From contig CAYMZA010000002.1 in the NCBI GenBank assembly GCA_964394835.1, forward strand, positions 1-56,627: a stretch of 56,627 nt of DNA. The letters are read 5' to 3'. Below the pieces are notes generated by a model that worked only from the letters and a program-made list of their open reading frames with translations, did not search any database and had not been told where the DNA came from. Both the position numbers and the translations under genes were made by a program. Source of the stretch: an uncultured Gammaproteobacteria bacterium (GTDB lineage: Bacteria > Patescibacteriota > Patescibacteriia > UBA1558 > GWA2-36-10). Shown here piece after piece: positions 46,885 through 56,111 of the stretch (position 1 is the stretch's first letter; every line of letters starts with the position of its first letter).

Positions 46885-48384
46885 CTATTTTAATTTATTT
46901 AATAAAATGTCTTCAATTATATTAGGATTAGCCTTTCCTTTGCTTTCTTTCATTACTTGGCCTATAAAAAACTTAAGCAAACTATCTTTACCTGATTTAT
47001 ATTCTTCAACTTGTTTTTTATTATTCCTTAAAACTTTTTCTACTAAATCTTCTGATAAACTCTCATCTTCTATTTGTAATAAATCTTTTTCTTCAGCAAT
47101 ATAAGAAGGATCACTACCTTTAATAAACATTTCTTTTAATATCGTTTGACCAGCAGAAGAAGAAACCTTTTTTGTATATATCAAATATATTAATTCAGCC
47201 ATGTTCTCAGGATTTATTTTTAAATCTTTGAAAATAAAAGTATTATTTAATAACCCAAATAATTCAGAAATTAACCAATTAAAACTTAACTTAGATAATA
47301 CTTTCTTATTTTCTTGCCACAATTTCTCAGCATTACTCTTTTTAATGTCTCCAGATTTAAATAACCATGCCCTTAATTCAGACATTACATCTTCATAATA
47401 GTCTGACCATTCCTTATAATTTATTAACAATGCAGCTTCTTTAATATCTAGGGAATATTCTTTTACAAATCTATCTTTTTTATCTGCAGGAAGTTCTGGC
47501 ATAGAAGACTCTATAAACTTAATCAACTTATCTGTTAACATAATTGGTGGTATATCTGGTTCAGGAAAATAACGATAATCAGCTGAACCTTCTTTACTAC
47601 GATGCATAATAGTTTTCTTTTTTTTCTCGTCCCATCCTCTAGTAGTAGTAATCTTAGGAGCATTATTATCATCCCATAACTTTTTTTGTCTTTTAACTTC
47701 AAACTCTAAAGCTTTTTCTACAGCTTTAAAAGAATTTAAGTTTTTAATTTCAGTTTTAGAATAATATTTATTATCACCTTTGGGCCTTAAAGATATATTA
47801 GCATCACATCGTAAATGACCCTTTTCCATATCAGCATCACTAATATCTAAATACCTAGATATTAATCTTAGAGATTGTAAAAACTCTTTAGTTTGTTTAG
47901 GACTTCTAAAATCAGGTTTAGTAACAATCTCAGCTAAAGGTGTACCTCCTCTGTTATAATCAATTAAAGTTTTATCACTATGATGTATATTCTTAGCAGC
48001 ATCTTCTTCCAAATGTATTCTTTCTAAACCAATATGTTCTTTTTTATTATCTAAATATACTACTAAATATCCTTCACTTACTATTGGTTCATCAAACTGA
48101 GATATTTGATACCCCTTAGGAAGATCAGGATAAAAATAATGTTTCCTATCAAACTTTGACTTTTTATTAATCTGACAATTTAAAGCTAAACCCAAAGCAA
48201 TAGCTTGGTTAATAGCTTCTTTGTTTGGTGTTGGCAATGTTCCTGGGTGACCTAAACAAATAGGACAAACAAGACTATTTTGTAATTTATCATCAGTATT
48301 ATTTAAACAAGAACAAAACATTTTTGTTTTAGTGTTTAACTGTAAATGTATTTCCAAACCAATTATTATTTCATATTTACTCAT
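46885..48384 (-). CDS. gatB: Asp-tRNA(Asn)/Glu-tRNA(Gln) amidotransferase subunit B
   Basis: YEIIIGLEIHLQLNTKTKMFC N-terminus and GatB/YqeY C-domain. Confidence 0.95.
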   Translation of the reverse strand: MSKYEIIIGLEIHLQLNTKTKMFCSCLNNTDDKLQNSLVCPICLGHPGTLPTPNKEAINQAIALGLALNCQINKKSKFDRKHYFYPDLPKGYQISQFDEPIVSEGYLVVYLDNKKEHIGLERIHLEEDAAKNIHHSDKTLIDYNRGGTPLAEIVTKPDFRSPKQTKEFLQSLRLISRYLDISDADMEKGHLRCDANISLRPKGDNKYYSKTEIKNLNSFKAVEKALEFEVKRQKKLWDDNNAPKITTTRGWDEKKKKTIMHRSKEGSADYRYFPEPDIPPIMLTDKLIKFIESSMPELPADKKDRFVKEYSLDIKEAALLINYKEWSDYYEDVMSELRAWLFKSGDIKKSNAEKLWQENKKVLSKLSFNWLISELFGLLNNTFIFKDLKINPENMAELIYLIYTKKVSSSAGQTILKEMFIKGSDPSYIAEEKDLLQIEDESLSEDLVEKVLRNNKKQVEEYKSGKDSLLKFFIGQVMKESKGKANPNIIEDILLNKLK

Positions 48385-48998
48385 ATTTTTTCTATTATCC
48401 CTTGTATTTTTTTAGCAATCTCTTCTATCTCACCTACTCCATCTACTATTTCCCAATTATTATTACTTTCTGCTTGTTTTATAAAACCCTTTCTTACAGC
48501 CTCATGAAATTCTTTAGTCTCTCTATCTAATCTATCATGTTTATCATCTCTTCTTCTTTTATCTGCTTCCTCAGGTGTAATATCTACATATACAACTAAA
48601 TCTGGCTTTAAATTATCCTTAGCACAATTATTCATTTCTTTAATTTCTTCTAAATCTAATTTTCTAGCAACACCCTGATATGCAAAAGTAGAACCATCAA
48701 ATCTATCACATAATACTATTTTACCCTCTTCTAATGCTGGTTTAACTGTTTCTTCTACATGTTGTGCTCTAGAGGCTAAAAATAGTAATAATTCAGTTCT
48801 AGCATGCATTTCTTTATGATCTTTGTTTAATATTATTCCCCTTATTTTCTCAGCAATAACTGAATTAGTACCACCAGGCTCTCTAGTTAATAGTACTAAA
48901 TTACCTTTATTTTCTAAATAATCTTTAAGTAAATTAATCTGAGTTGTTTTCCCAGACTTGTCACCACCCTCAAAGACTATAAATTTACCTTTTTTCAT
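48381..48998 (-). CDS. tmk: Thymidylate kinase
   Basis: P-loop FEGGDKSGKTT and DRF motif. Confidence 0.9.
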   Translation of the reverse strand: MKKGKFIVFEGGDKSGKTTQINLLKDYLENKGNLVLLTREPGGTNSVIAEKIRGIILNKDHKEMHARTELLLFLASRAQHVEETVKPALEEGKIVLCDRFDGSTFAYQGVARKLDLEEIKEMNNCAKDNLKPDLVVYVDITPEEADKRRRDDKHDRLDRETKEFHEAVRKGFIKQAESNNNWEIVDGVGEIEEIAKKIQGIIEKI

Positions 48999-49027
48999 AG
49001 TATTAATATATCATAATCTTAATTATA

Positions 49028-49055
49028 TAAAAAGCCCCTGAAATATTCAAGGGCT
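49028..49055 (-). terminator. Intrinsic terminator after tdk
   Basis: Minus strand AGCCCTTGAA-TAT-TTCAGGGGCT (one G.U) followed by TTTTT. Confidence 0.65.
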
Positions 49056-49064
49056 ATACAAAAC

Positions 49065-49634
49065 TTACGTTTTTTTACTTTTCTTAGACCAACAACCACG
49101 ACACAAAGCGATATATTTATCACTACCACCCACATCAATCACTTTTTCAGATCCTGACAAACGAAAAGAATGAGAAGCTAATCCTCCACATTCTATACAA
49201 ATAGCATGAAGTTTTTTCAAAACATCTGCCTCTGCTAATAGTTCAGGAATTCCTTTAAAGCATGGTCCTGCTGAAGTCTTATCTAATACTGCTATAATTA
49301 CTTTTTTACCTTGCCGAGCTAATTCAATAGCTAAATATCGTAATTCATCTACTGCTAAAAACTGAGCCTCATCAATACCTACAATATCAACCTCATTATT
49401 ATCTACATAATCTGTAATTTCTTTAATTTGAGATATAACAATAGCATTTAAACCATCACCATTATGAGATACAACCTTTTCTTTATCATAACGGTCATCA
49501 ATACTAGGTTTAAATAATATAGTTTTTTGTTTAGCAATAATAAAACGACGTAATGTTCTAATTAATTCTTCTGTTTTACCAGAAAACATAGAACCTGTTA
49601 TAACCATAATAAAGCCACTTTTAAATTTTTCCAT
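49065..49634 (-). CDS. tdk: Thymidine kinase
   Basis: P-loop GSMFSGKTEEL and C-terminal Zn Cys pairs (CIECG, CRGC). I prefer the ATG at 49634, preceded by GGAAGGA, over the longer track ORF. Confidence 0.9.
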   Translation of the reverse strand: MEKFKSGFIMVITGSMFSGKTEELIRTLRRFIIAKQKTILFKPSIDDRYDKEKVVSHNGDGLNAIVISQIKEITDYVDNNEVDIVGIDEAQFLAVDELRYLAIELARQGKKVIIAVLDKTSAGPCFKGIPELLAEADVLKKLHAICIECGGLASHSFRLSGSEKVIDVGGSDKYIALCRGCWSKKSKKT

Positions 49635-49685
49635 CTCTTTTCCTTCCTGTTGTTGATTATATTTAACGAACAATAATTTTATACA

Positions 49686-50108
49686 CTAATAACCCGAATC
49701 TCCAAATCCACCCCCACCTCTTTCTGTGCTATCTAAGTCTTCAACTTCTTCTAAAACTATCTCATTTACCTCTTGTATTATCATCTGGGCTACTCTATCT
49801 CCTTGTTTAACACTATATTCTTCTTTAGAAAGGTTTATAATAACTATTTTAATTTCTCCTCTGTAATTAGAATCTACTACACCAGCCATAGTATGTAACC
49901 CATGTTTAACAGCCAAACCAGACCTATCTCTAATATTACCAAAATATCCTTGAGGTATAGCCATAGAAATACCAGTATCAATCAAAACTCTTTCTCCTGG
50001 CTGTATATTAATATCTATACAAGAATATATATCTAAAGCCGCATCTCCTTTATGCATACTCTTTGGTATAATAGCATTATCTTTTAATTTTTTAATCTTT
50101 ATTTTCAT
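49686..50108 (-). CDS. dut: dUTP diphosphatase
   Basis: dUTPase motifs (GDAALDIY, RDRSGLA, GVVDSNYRGEI, RGGGGFGDSG). Confidence 0.9.
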   Translation of the reverse strand: MKIKIKKLKDNAIIPKSMHKGDAALDIYSCIDINIQPGERVLIDTGISMAIPQGYFGNIRDRSGLAVKHGLHTMAGVVDSNYRGEIKIVIINLSKEEYSVKQGDRVAQMIIQEVNEIVLEEVEDLDSTERGGGGFGDSGY

Positions 50109-50593
50109 TTTTCTAATTCTACAAATGTATATTTAATACCATTTTCTTCAAATGGTCCTTCTTTTTTTATAACCTTACCAAACTTAGAATAGTCTGGAAA
50201 GTAAGTATCTGCTTTAAATACTTTATCCATTAAAGTTAAGTATAGTTTATCTGCAAACTCTATAGCTTGTTTATATATACTAGCTCCTCCTATAAAAAAG
50301 ATTTCTTTTTCTTCCTTTTCTTTAGCAAATTCTAAAGCTTCAGGTATATTATTAAAAATAAAACAATCTTTAGCATTAAAATCAGAATCTAAAGATAATA
50401 TTATATTAATCCTATTGGGCAAGGGAAAACCAATAGATTCATAGGTTTTTTGACCCATTATAACAACATGATTACTAGTAATCTTTTTAAAATGCTTAAG
50501 ATCATTAGGTAAATGAATTAATAACTTATTATCCATACCTATACCTCTATCTTTAGCTACTGCACAAATTATACTTATCTTAACTTTCTTCAT
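50105..50593 (-). CDS. folA: Dihydrofolate reductase
   Basis: [31 protein letters not shown] pattern; 162 aa. Confidence 0.85.
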   Translation of the reverse strand: MKKVKISIICAVAKDRGIGMDNKLLIHLPNDLKHFKKITSNHVVIMGQKTYESIGFPLPNRINIILSLDSDFNAKDCFIFNNIPEALEFAKEKEEKEIFFIGGASIYKQAIEFADKLYLTLMDKVFKADTYFPDYSKFGKVIKKEGPFEENGIKYTFVELEK

Positions 50594-51486
50594 ACTGCTA
50601 TTGGAGCTTTAATTCCTGGATATGGATCATATCCAGCTAATTCAAAATCTTCATATTTAAATTCTTCTATATCCTTAACTTCTCTATTAATATTCATGGT
50701 AGGCAATTCCCTTGGTTCTCTTGATAGTTGTTTTTTAACTTGCTCAAAATGATTACTATATAAATGTGTATCACCCATAGTATGTACAAACTCACCAGGT
50801 TCTAATCCTACTATCTTAGATATCATTATTAACAAAAGAGAATATGAAGCAATATTAAAAGGAACACCTAAGAATGTATCACAACTTCTTTGATACATTT
50901 GTAATGATAATTTACCATCAGCTACATAGAATTGATAAAAACAATGACAAGGAGGTAACGCCATTTTAGGTATTTCAGGAGGATTCCAAGCAGACACTAT
51001 CATTCTCCTGTCATTAGGATTTTTTTTAATTCTTTCAATAATATCCATTAATTGATCTACTCCACCAAAATCTCTCCACTGCTTTCCATACACAGGGCCT
51101 AAGTCTCCCCACTTTTTAGCAAACTCTTCATCTTCTTTTACCTGAGTAATATATTTATTCATTTCTTCTTTCCACTCTTCTGTATATTTAGGATACTTTT
51201 TATCTAAATTATTCTTTTCTAAATAGCTTTGAAAAGGCCATTCATTCCAAATATTAACTCCATTCTCTACTAAATACCGTATATTAGTATCTCCTCTTAC
51301 AAACCACATTAATTCATGTATTATACCCTTTAAAAAAACTTTCTTTGTTGTTAATAATGGAAAGCCTTTACTTAAATCAAATCTTAATTGTGCACCAAAT
51401 ATACTACGAGTACCAACTCCAGTTCTATCACCCTTGTCTACACCCTCATCCATTATTTTTTGTAGTAGGTTTAAATATTGTTTCAT
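50590..51486 (-). CDS. thyA: Thymidylate synthase (ThyA type)
   Basis: [19 protein letters not shown] (catalytic Cys), MYQRSCD and GDTHLY motifs. Confidence 0.95.
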   Translation of the reverse strand: MKQYLNLLQKIMDEGVDKGDRTGVGTRSIFGAQLRFDLSKGFPLLTTKKVFLKGIIHELMWFVRGDTNIRYLVENGVNIWNEWPFQSYLEKNNLDKKYPKYTEEWKEEMNKYITQVKEDEEFAKKWGDLGPVYGKQWRDFGGVDQLMDIIERIKKNPNDRRMIVSAWNPPEIPKMALPPCHCFYQFYVADGKLSLQMYQRSCDTFLGVPFNIASYSLLLIMISKIVGLEPGEFVHTMGDTHLYSNHFEQVKKQLSREPRELPTMNINREVKDIEEFKYEDFELAGYDPYPGIKAPIAV

Positions 51487-52019
51487 ACTATTTTATCTAA
51501 TTGTTTATGTAATTCTTCTAAGGAAGTATTATTAGTTATTGTAATATCTGCATTTTTAATTAATTCTGGTATATACTCTTCTGTTTCTTTTTTATGATCT
51601 TCTAAAAATTCTTCCCAAGTTTTAGTTTTATCATCTGTATTCTCTGTTCTTTGTATTAATCTTTCATACCTTATCTTCTCATCTGTGTCTACGGCTACTA
51701 ATTTAAATCCTGGTATATCTTTTAAATACTTAATATCATCTGGCCTTCTTACACCATCTACTATTATTAATTCACTATCTGTATCTTTAATATCTTTAGC
51801 TATAATCTTGGCTAAAAGATCTTGACCAAATGTTTCTCTCATTAATATTGATATTTTTACAAGATTATCTCTACTATGTGGTAAATATGCTCTATCTAAT
51901 ATATCTCTTAATATTTTAGAAAACTTAAAAGATACAGCTCCATATTCTTTAACAAGATACTTACAAGCTGTACCCTTACCACTAGATATTAATCCTGTAA
52001 ATCCTAATATTTTTTTCAT
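51483..52019 (-). CDS. P-loop nucleoside/nucleotide kinase-like protein (CoaE / dNMP-kinase-like), function unassigned
   Basis: Walker [10 protein letters not shown], 178 aa; embedded between dCMP deaminase and thyA with overlapping stop/start. Confidence 0.4.
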   Translation of the reverse strand: MKKILGFTGLISSGKGTACKYLVKEYGAVSFKFSKILRDILDRAYLPHSRDNLVKISILMRETFGQDLLAKIIAKDIKDTDSELIIVDGVRRPDDIKYLKDIPGFKLVAVDTDEKIRYERLIQRTENTDDKTKTWEEFLEDHKKETEEYIPELIKNADITITNNTSLEELHKQLDKIV

Positions 52020-52492
52020 TACTTTATTTCTAATTTTTTATCTGATTTATACTGACGTAATTTAACACCAGCTAATTCAAACATCTTTCTACTTGCTTTA
52101 GCTTCTTTTGTATCTTTATATTTATCACTTTTATATATAACCTCCTTTACACCATTTTGTATTATAGCTTTAGCACATTCATTACAAGGAAATAATGTGC
52201 AATACAAACGAGAACCCCTTACTTTTGTTATTGAATTATATACTGCATTAGCTTCTGCATGTACTACATAGGGGTATTTAGTATCTAACCAATCTCCTTC
52301 TCTGTCCCAAGGTAAATCTGATTGATCTATGCCTCTAGCCCAACCATTATATCCCATACCTAAAACTATATTATCTTTACTAACAATAACTGAACCTGCT
52401 TGTGTAGAGGGATCTTTAGATCTTTGAGATATGATCTGGGCTAAAAACATAAATGTATCATCCCAGGATAAATAATTTTTTCTATATTTCAT
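52019..52492 (-). CDS. dCMP deaminase (ComEB-type)
   Basis: Zn motifs HAEANA and PCNECAK; 157 aa. Confidence 0.85.
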   Translation of the reverse strand: MKYRKNYLSWDDTFMFLAQIISQRSKDPSTQAGSVIVSKDNIVLGMGYNGWARGIDQSDLPWDREGDWLDTKYPYVVHAEANAVYNSITKVRGSRLYCTLFPCNECAKAIIQNGVKEVIYKSDKYKDTKEAKASRKMFELAGVKLRQYKSDKKLEIK

Positions 52493-52529
52493 ATTATTAT
52501 CTTATCATAATTATATTATTTAACAATAC

Positions 52530-53084
52530 TTAAATATTTTTTAATTGTTTCTTTTTTTCTTTAAAATCAGGTATTTCTTTAGAAACTAAATTCCAAAAAT
52601 TACTAGAATGATTTAATTCTATTAAATGACATAGCTCATGGACTATAATATAGTTTGAAAGAGATGGGGGTAATAGACAAAGACGGTAATTAAAGTTTAG
52701 ATTTTTTTTAGAAGAACAACTACCCCATCTAGTTTTTTGATTACGAATACTTATTCTATTATACTCAACACTATATATTTGAGTATAGCATTCTAATTTA
52801 TTTAATACTAACACTCTTGTTCTTTCACTGTATTCTTTTATTTCTTTTTTACTATGTTTAATACTTAAAATACTATTACTATCCTCTCTTTTTTTAATAT
52901 TCTCTTTAATCCAATCAAACTGTTGAATGATATATGTTCGTATTAAGAATAATGGATATAGTTTAGGTGCTGTAATAACTATTGAACCATCAGATTCAAT
53001 AGCTAAACGAACATACTTAACTCTAGACCTTCTTTTAAGTTTATATATGTATTCTTTATTTTTAATTTTTATTCTCTTTTCCAT
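52530..53084 (-). CDS. YgjP-like (DUF45 / M48-related) metal-dependent hydrolase
   Basis: TRWGSCS...NLNFNYRL...IIVHELCHLIELNHSSNFW signature. Confidence 0.8.
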   Translation of the reverse strand: MEKRIKIKNKEYIYKLKRRSRVKYVRLAIESDGSIVITAPKLYPLFLIRTYIIQQFDWIKENIKKREDSNSILSIKHSKKEIKEYSERTRVLVLNKLECYTQIYSVEYNRISIRNQKTRWGSCSSKKNLNFNYRLCLLPPSLSNYIIVHELCHLIELNHSSNFWNLVSKEIPDFKEKKKQLKNI

Positions 53085-53445
53085 TTATATTTTCTAAAGA
53101 TTCTTTACCTGATTTAGTATATGCTCTAATTAATCCTCCTATACCTAATTTAATACCACCAAAGTATCTAATAACTACAAGAAGATGATTATTTAACTCT
53201 TTTTTTTGTAATAGGCGTAGCAATGGTTTACCAGCAGAATTAACTGGTTCTTTATCATTATATGCTTTTTCTTTATTACCTAAACGATATGCATAAACAA
53301 TATGTTTCGCTTTTTTATATCCCACCTTTAAATTGTTTAATATATCTTCTACGTCTTTTTCTTTAGAGATATAAAAAGCAAAGCCCAAGAACTTGGACTT
53401 TTTAACTACTACTTCGTTACATATATATTTACTATTGCTCATCAA
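53062..53445 (-). CDS. IMPACT/YigZ family protein (N-terminal UPF0029 domain only)
   Basis: KKSKFLGFAF..., HIVYAYRLG, NSAGKPLL and RYFGGIKLGIGGLIRAY motifs. Confidence 0.7.
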   Translation of the reverse strand: MMSNSKYICNEVVVKKSKFLGFAFYISKEKDVEDILNNLKVGYKKAKHIVYAYRLGNKEKAYNDKEPVNSAGKPLLRLLQKKELNNHLLVVIRYFGGIKLGIGGLIRAYTKSGKESLENINGKENKN

Positions 53446-53674
53446 CCACTTTATGATTACTCTTATTTTTTTTCTTTAAATCCCCTATTCCATTCATTTT
53501 AAAGATATCAAAACCAAATGTTTTATCAATCTGTTTCTTTTTCTTTAATAGTTTAATACCTAATATTATGAAAAGAAGTGGAAAGAGATATGAAAAAAAA
53601 CTTCCATCTATCAATCCCATTTCTTTTAATAACATTAAACCACCTATTATTATAAATAAAATACCAATATTCAT
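53432..53674 (-). CDS. Small two-TM membrane protein (LiaF-N / DUF5668-like?)
   Basis: 80 aa, two hydrophobic helices, basic tail. Confidence 0.35.
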   Translation of the reverse strand: MNIGILFIIIGGLMLLKEMGLIDGSFFSYLFPLLFIILGIKLLKKKKQIDKTFGFDIFKMNGIGDLKKKNKSNHKVVDEQ

Positions 53675-53747
53675 ATAATTATATTAATTACTCATATTAT
53701 ACAATAAAAAAGAAAAAAGCTCCAGAAACTAAAATAAATAAACGAAT

Positions 53748-53777
53748 AAAAAAGCGGCTAATTAGAATTAACCGCTT
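53748..53777 (-). terminator. Intrinsic terminator after the 69-aa ORF
   Basis: 12-bp stem that is fully paired (one G.U) only on the minus strand, followed by a U-run. Confidence 0.6.
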
Positions 53778-53787
53778 TAATCACATA

Positions 53788-53997
53788 CTATTCATAAGAA
53801 TTAATCAGATGAACAATTCTAGTAATCTCAGTAGCAAAACAATGCTGTGTTTTAATAACTTCATATGCTGGTTTGAGATCTTCTACAGAAATCTTACAAA
53901 TATCTTCTTCTGTAATTTTAAAAAATCTCTTTTCACAAACCAGAAAATTATAAATAACACGTACCATAGTCTCTTTGGAAACTTCATGTTCTGACAT
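53788..53997 (-). CDS. Hypothetical 69-aa protein with a strong Shine-Dalgarno
   Basis: AGGAGGTGA is followed after 5 nt (CCATT; 8 nt after the AGGAGG core) by the ATG at 53997. The track start at 54006 is a GTG inside the SD. It has its own terminator; no family recognised. Confidence 0.5.
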   Translation of the reverse strand: MSEHEVSKETMVRVIYNFLVCEKRFFKITEEDICKISVEDLKPAYEVIKTQHCFATEITRIVHLINSYE

Positions 53998-54097
53998 AAT
54001 GGTCACCTCCTTTTTGTCTTACCCTTTTGAAAAGAACTTAAAAGTATGATATATTCAAACTATAAGATTACTTATCTTATATAATAAACAAAGAAAA

Positions 54098-54547
54098 ATG
54101 TCAACCTTAGCAAAAAACAAGAAGGTACACTATGATTATCAAGTCATAGAAGAATTTGAAGCTGGTCTAGTATTAACTGGAGCAGAGGTCAAATCAATTA
54201 AATTAGGTCATTTAAGTCTAATGGGTGCTTTTGTTTCCTTAAAAGATGGTAAGGCTATATTAAAAAATATGTATATTTCACCATATATTAAAGCTGGTGC
54301 TGATCAAAGTAAATACGATCCAGAACAAGAAAGAAAGTTACTCTTGAATAAAAAAGAAATACTACATTTAACTAGTAAAATGAAGGATAAAGGCTTGACA
54401 ATCATACCCATTTCAGTGTATACTACTCGCAGACTAATAAAAGTCAAAATTGCCTTAGTTAAGGGCAAAAAGAAGTACGATAAGAGACAGGACATTAAAA
54501 AGAAAGATATTCAAAAGAATATCAGGAATAAATTAAAAAGTTATTAG
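54098..54547 (+). CDS. smpB: SsrA-binding protein SmpB
   Basis: Typical SmpB sequence (NKKVHYDY.., GAEVKS.., KLLLNKKEI); adjacent to the tmRNA. Confidence 0.95.
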   Translation: MSTLAKNKKVHYDYQVIEEFEAGLVLTGAEVKSIKLGHLSLMGAFVSLKDGKAILKNMYISPYIKAGADQSKYDPEQERKLLLNKKEILHLTSKMKDKGLTIIPISVYTTRRLIKVKIALVKGKKKYDKRQDIKKKDIQKNIRNKLKSY

Positions 54548-54552
54548 AATAT

Positions 54553-54931
54553 GGGGATGTTTCATATTCGATGCTTGGTGAAATAATAATAAGCAAGTAA
54601 AGTTCACGATTCTTTAAAATCGTATAAAATAATTGCAAAAAACATATTTGCTAAAGCTAAAGAGCTTTTCAAAGTTCCGCAGCTTTCACCAGTCTTAGCA
54701 TAAAATTGCTTTGACCGTTTCTAGGTAATTTGCCTGAAATTATCCATGAAACGTCATAAACTCAGGCTCGAGATATTTAGTGTTGATATGAATATCTGAC
54801 ATTTAATCAACTTAGATTACTGACTTTTTGTTAATTTTAAAGTTTTTAATTAAATCATCAAATTAACTAAACTTGTAGAAAATTATTAAGCAGCTTAGTA
54901 GACAGGGGTGTGATTCCCCTCATCTCCACCA
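54553..54931 (+). ncRNA. ssrA: tmRNA (SsrA)
   Basis: 5' GGGGATGTTTCATATTCGATG and 3' GGACAGGGGTGTGATTCCCCTCATCTCCACCA form a tRNA-Ala-like domain with a G3.U70 pair. The tag ORF at 54635-54700 encodes AKNIFAKAKELFKVPQLSPVLA, followed by TAA. Confidence 0.9.
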
Positions 54932-54993
54932 TAGACCAGCTGTTCATATAACATGGACATTTGATTTATGTAATTAATTATTAAGTAAAATAT

Positions 54994-55524
54994 ATTAGAA
55001 GTAAAAGAAGAAGTAAAAAGAAAATTGTTACCAAAAAATACTGGATTAATAAACAAATTAGAGCAGAAGAAGTTAATGTAATAGATGATAACAATGAAAG
55101 AGTTGGTGTAATATCACTAAATCAAGCTTTAGCATTAGCACAAAGTAAAAATTTAGATTTAGTTGAAGTTTCACCCTTGGCTAAACCCCCTGTTTGTAAA
55201 GTACTAGACTATGGTAAATTCCTTTATCAACAAAACCGAACACAACAAAAAAGTAAAAGTAAAAAAACAGAAGTTAAAGGAATCAGAATTTCATTAAAAA
55301 TTGGGGAACATGATATACAATTTAAACAAAAACAAGCAATTAAATTCTTAGATCAAGGTCATAAAGTAAAAGTAGAATTAAGATTAAAAGGAAGAGAAAG
55401 AGCTTTTAAACCACAAGCAAGAGAAAAAGTAAGAGAATTCTTAAATACATTAGACTTTGAGTATAAAGAAGATAAAAAGATAGAACAACAAGGAAATACA
55501 ATAACTACAATTATAACTAAGTGA
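54994..55524 (+). CDS. infC: Translation initiation factor IF-3 (non-AUG start, probably AUU)
   Basis: The reading frame is open from 54985 and encodes a conserved IF-3 N-domain (INKQIRAEEVNVIDDNNERVGVISLNQALALAQSKNLDLVEVSP) upstream of the track start at 55177. There is no ATG/GTG/TTG in that stretch; ATT occurs at 54994 (alternative ATT at 55024). Confidence 0.85.
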   Translation: MRSKRRSKKKIVTKKYWINKQIRAEEVNVIDDNNERVGVISLNQALALAQSKNLDLVEVSPLAKPPVCKVLDYGKFLYQQNRTQQKSKSKKTEVKGIRISLKIGEHDIQFKQKQAIKFLDQGHKVKVELRLKGRERAFKPQAREKVREFLNTLDFEYKEDKKIEQQGNTITTIITK

Positions 55525-55525
55525 T

Positions 55526-55720
55526 ATGAAACTTAAAACAAAGAAATTATTAAAAAAGAGAGTAAAGATTACTAAAAAGAAAAAGGTACTTATCCGCACA
55601 GGTGGACAAAATCATTTTAATTCTAGAGAATCTGGTAAAGTAAAAAGAAATAAAAGATCTGATAAACATATATCTAAATCTAATGTTAAAAACGTTAAAC
55701 AACTTTTACCTTATTTATAA
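55526..55720 (+). CDS. rpmI: 50S ribosomal protein L35
   Basis: 64-aa basic protein between infC and rplT. Confidence 0.9.
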   Translation: MKLKTKKLLKKRVKITKKKKVLIRTGGQNHFNSRESGKVKRNKRSDKHISKSNVKNVKQLLPYL

Positions 55721-55729
55721 TACAAACAT

Positions 55730-56074
55730 ATGCCAAGAGTAAAAAGAGGAACAACACATACTAAAAGAAGAAAAAATATCCTTAAACAAACTAAAGGATA
55801 TAAATGGGGTCGTAAGAAAAACATTAAACAAGCTAAAGAAGCTATTCTTCATGCTGGAACACATGCTTTAAGAGATAGAAGAAAAAAGAAAAGAGTACAA
55901 AGACGTCTTTGGCAAACTAAACTTAATGCAGCATTAAGACAATTAGATTGGAAATACTCTAGTTTCATAGATGCATTAAAAAAGAAAGACTGCGAATTAG
56001 ATCGTAAAGTACTTTCTCAAATAGCAGAACATAAACCTAAAGTATTTAAAAATATAGTTAAAAATTTCAAATAA
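55730..56074 (+). CDS. rplT: 50S ribosomal protein L20
   Basis: MPRVKRGT..RRKNILK..KGY N-terminus typical of L20. Confidence 0.95.
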   Translation: MPRVKRGTTHTKRRKNILKQTKGYKWGRKKNIKQAKEAILHAGTHALRDRRKKKRVQRRLWQTKLNAALRQLDWKYSSFIDALKKKDCELDRKVLSQIAEHKPKVFKNIVKNFK

Positions 56075-56080
56075 ATATAA

Positions 56081-56111
56081 AAACAACCTATGAACAACAA
56101 GGTTGTTTTTT
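56081..56111 (+). terminator. Intrinsic terminator after rplT (overlaps the 3' end of the convergent gene)
   Basis: AAACAACCT-N10-AGGTTGTTT followed by a T-run. Confidence 0.65.

Noticed and set aside
54007-54097. Divergent promoter elements between the 69-aa ORF and smpB (for example TTGAAA-17-TATATT)
   Set aside because: In sequence this AT-rich, such hexamers arise easily. I could not distinguish them from background, so I did not list them as features.
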